Source: Planctomycetota bacterium | GTDB taxonomy: Bacteria > Planctomycetota > SZUA-567 > JAKLDR01 | Direction of reading: 5' to 3' | DNA: 64,000 nt | NCBI GenBank assembly: GCA_022703445.1 | Contig: JAKLDR010000013.1 | Span: 2,599-66,598 of the forward strand | Shown: in pieces, positions 61,678-64,000 of the stretch | Layout of the letters: each line of letters begins with the position of its first letter | How positions within the stretch are numbered: position 1 is the stretch's first letter | The notes under the pieces: model-generated | Told to the model about the DNA's origin: nothing | The model's database searches: none | Seen by the model: only the letters and a program-made list of their open reading frames with translations | Translations under genes and position numbers: made by a program

Positions 61678-63386
61678 ACAAGTTCGACAAGCGCCTCGGC
61701 TCGATCCTGGTCAAGGCCCGCCTGATCACCCAGGAGGCCATGGACGATGGCCTGGCCGCCGCCGAGAAGGACAGCAAGAGCCTCACCGAAGTGCTGGTCG
61801 GCAAGAAGACGGTCGACGAGAAGGCGGTCATCGGCTGCATCGCCGAGGAGATGAACCTCCCGCCCATCGATCTCACCAAGGTGGAGATCGACAAGGCGGC
61901 CATGGAGCTCATCCCCGAGGACCTGGCCAACTACTACACGGTCCTGCCCGTCGCCAAGATCGGCAAGGCCCTTACCCTGGCGGTGGCCAACCCCTTCGAC
62001 ATCCTGACCCTCGACGACATCAAGATCGTCACCGGCTGCGAACTGCTCCCCGTCGTCTCCAGCGATGTGACCATCAAGAAGGGCATCCAACGCGCCTACA
62101 ACAAAGCCCAGGCTCAGATGGAGGAGCTCTTCGCCAAGGAGGGCGACGCCGACAAGGACCTGGTGCTCACCGAGAAGAAGGAGGAGGAGGCCGACGCCGC
62201 CGCGCTGGCCGCGGAGGGCGAAGAGGCCCCGGTGGTGAAGCTCGTAAACCTCATGATCCTGCAGGCCATCCGGGAGGGCGCCTCGGATATCCACATCGAG
62301 CCGTTCGAGAAACACCTGCGCGTGCGCTATCGCGTGGACGGCGCCTGCCACGAAACGGTCAGCCCGCCGCTCAAGATGCACTCGGCCATCGTCAGCCGCA
62401 TCAAGATCATGAGCGAGATGGACATCGCCGAGCGCCGCCGGCCCCAGGACGGCAAGTTCCAGATGAAGGTCCAGGGCCGGCAGATCGACTTCCGCGTCTC
62501 CATCCTGCCCATGATCCACGGCGAGAAGGTGGTCATCCGCGTACTCGACACCTCCGCGCTGGCCCTGTCCCTCGACTCCCTGGGGTTCGAGGAGAAGGCC
62601 CTCAAGGACTTCCGCAAGGCCCTGGCCTCGCCCTACGGCATGATCCTGGTCACCGGGCCGACCGGCTCAGGCAAATCCACCACCCTGTACTCGGCCGTCA
62701 AGGAAGTGCTCAACATCGAGGACAACATCACCACGGTGGAGGACCCCGTCGAGTACCAGCTGGACGGCGTCAACCAGGTCCCGGTCTCCGAGAAACGCGG
62801 ACTGACCTTCGCCGCGGCCCTGCGCTCCATCCTGCGCCAGGACCCGGACACGGTCATGATCGGCGAAATCCGCGACCGCGAAACCATCGAGATCGCCGTC
62901 AAGGCGGCGCTCACCGGCCACCTGGTCTTCTCCACCCTGCACACCAACGATGCGCCCAGCACGGTGACCCGTATGGTGGACATGGGCGTGGAGGCCTTCC
63001 TGGTTGGCGCGGCCACCGTGCTGATCGCCGCCCAGCGACTGGGACGCAAGGTCTGCAGCGAGTGCAAGGAGCCGGTGGACGTGCCGGAGCCGGCGCTGCT
63101 CGAGGCCGGCTGCTCGCCGGATCAGGCCAAGGGGGCCAAGCTCTTCAGGGCCAAGGGCTGCAGCCGCTGCGCCGGCGGATACAAGGGCCGCTTCGCGCTC
63201 CTGGAGACCATGCCGCTAAACGAGGAACTGCGCCGGGTGATCTCCACCGGGGCCAACGCCCTGGAGATCAAGCGCGAGGCCATCAAGCAGCAAATGCTGA
63301 CTCTGCGTCAGGTGGGGTTGGCCAACGCCCTCCGCGGCAAGACCAGTCTGGAAGAGGTCGTGGCCATCACCATGGAAGACAAGTAG
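61674..63386 (+). CDS. pilB: Type IV pilus assembly ATPase PilB (GspE family)
   Basis: N-terminal GspE-N repeats, Walker A GPTGSGKSTT, VEDPVEY, RQDPDTVMIGEIRD, TGHLVFSTLHTND, and the tetracysteine CSECK...CSRC. Confidence 0.9.
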   Translation: MNKFDKRLGSILVKARLITQEAMDDGLAAAEKDSKSLTEVLVGKKTVDEKAVIGCIAEEMNLPPIDLTKVEIDKAAMELIPEDLANYYTVLPVAKIGKALTLAVANPFDILTLDDIKIVTGCELLPVVSSDVTIKKGIQRAYNKAQAQMEELFAKEGDADKDLVLTEKKEEEADAAALAAEGEEAPVVKLVNLMILQAIREGASDIHIEPFEKHLRVRYRVDGACHETVSPPLKMHSAIVSRIKIMSEMDIAERRRPQDGKFQMKVQGRQIDFRVSILPMIHGEKVVIRVLDTSALALSLDSLGFEEKALKDFRKALASPYGMILVTGPTGSGKSTTLYSAVKEVLNIEDNITTVEDPVEYQLDGVNQVPVSEKRGLTFAAALRSILRQDPDTVMIGEIRDRETIEIAVKAALTGHLVFSTLHTNDAPSTVTRMVDMGVEAFLVGAATVLIAAQRLGRKVCSECKEPVDVPEPALLEAGCSPDQAKGAKLFRAKGCSRCAGGYKGRFALLETMPLNEELRRVISTGANALEIKREAIKQQMLTLRQVGLANALRGKTSLEEVVAITMEDK

Positions 63387-63397
63387 GAGCCGACGCC

Positions 63398-64000
63398 ATG
63401 CCGACTTTCAAGATCACCGCCAGCGACAAGGCCGGCCGCAAGGTCAACCGCACGGTGGAGGCCCCCAGCCAGGGCGAGGCCGTGGCCGTGCTCCGGCGGG
63501 AGGGATACACCGCGCTGGACATCCACGAGGAGCGCGGAGGCGCGTCCGGGGCCGCCAAGACCCGCAAGGGGCCCTCGCCGCGGGTCTCCGGCTCGGATCT
63601 GGCCATCTTCACCCGCCAGTTCGCCACCATGATCGGCGCCGGCATCGCCGTGCTCGAGTGCCTTGACGTGCTCACCCAGCAGGCTTCGGACCCCGGATTC
63701 CGTTTCTGCCTGGAGACGGTGGTTGAGGACATCCGCGGCGGAACCGACCTGTCCACGGCCATGTCCCGCCACCCGAAGGTCTTCAGCCACATCTATGTGA
63801 ACATGGTCAAGGCCGGCGAGGCCTCCGGCCAGCTCGAGGCGATCCTCGTGCGCCTGGCCGAGTACATGGAGGCCACCGTCAAGCTGAAGCGCGAGATCGT
63901 CTCGGCCATGACCTACCCGGTGATCTCGCTGGTCATGATCTTCGGCGTCACCGCCTTCCTGATGATCTTCATCATCCCCAAGTTCGAGGAGATCTTCAAA
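63398..64000 (+). CDS. pilC: Type IV pilus platform protein PilC (GspF family), partial, 3' end beyond window
   Basis: Not in the ORF track (no stop in the window). ATG 63398 with AGGAG upstream. LAIFTRQFATMIGAGIAVLECLDVL..IRGGTDLSTAM..FSHIYVNMVKAGEASGQLE are GspF/PilC repeat signatures. The frame is open to nt 64000. Confidence 0.85.
   Translation, partial: MPTFKITASDKAGRKVNRTVEAPSQGEAVAVLRREGYTALDIHEERGGASGAAKTRKGPSPRVSGSDLAIFTRQFATMIGAGIAVLECLDVLTQQASDPGFRFCLETVVEDIRGGTDLSTAMSRHPKVFSHIYVNMVKAGEASGQLEAILVRLAEYMEATVKLKREIVSAMTYPVISLVMIFGVTAFLMIFIIPKFEEIFK

Overview
Very GC-rich bacterial chromosomal segment, densely coding on both strands. I support about 50 protein-coding genes and one frameshifted pseudogene. 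I saw no rRNA, tRNA, CRISPR array, transposase or integrase. Many ORF-track entries are long antisense shadow ORFs (Arg/Gly/Pro/Ala-rich), typical of high-GC DNA, and I rejected them. Several true genes start at internal ATG/GTG codons, often with 4-nt ATGA/GTGA overlaps to the upstream stop.

Content from left to right:
- Secreted polysaccharide-active proteins, including a heparinase II/III-like lyase.
- ribE, then DUF202 and TSUP membrane proteins.
- A CHASE2 adenylate cyclase, SH3b protein and M48 protease operon.
- The alpha-2-macroglobulin (intact CVEQ thioester) and pbpC pair.
- An orphan ACP with an AAC(3)-like acyltransferase and two hydrolases.
- Secreted CBM-like proteins.
- An operon of a hypothetical protein, a uronate-isomerase-like enzyme, an esterase and a GGDEF protein.
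- A tldD, pmbA, mini membrane protein, acyl-CoA ligase and dual-specificity phosphatase operon.
- A HIT protein.
- A GH20 enzyme with an NtrC-type regulator, plus a displaced histidine kinase.
- lgt, panC, a folK/deoxynucleoside-kinase fusion, and dapL.
- A type IV pilus block: pilT, a stand-alone MshEN-like protein, pilB, and partial pilC.

The best candidate for something undescribed is a locus with a plausible -24/-12 promoter and a divergent sigma54 activator. It encodes a ~1200-aa triple fusion (B12-type radical SAM, second radical SAM, FeeM-like N-acyltransferase) translationally coupled to its own FabF-type ketosynthase.

Non-coding observations:
- Two adjacent long-stem structured elements at 51.36-51.65 kb.
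- An identical 19-mer heading hairpins 6 nt after two unrelated TGA stops.
- A 124-bp hairpin with tandem-hexamer arms.
- Several near-consensus sigma70-type promoters.

All family assignments come from motifs read by eye and from memory of the families. No database search was run. Lineage is uncertain.
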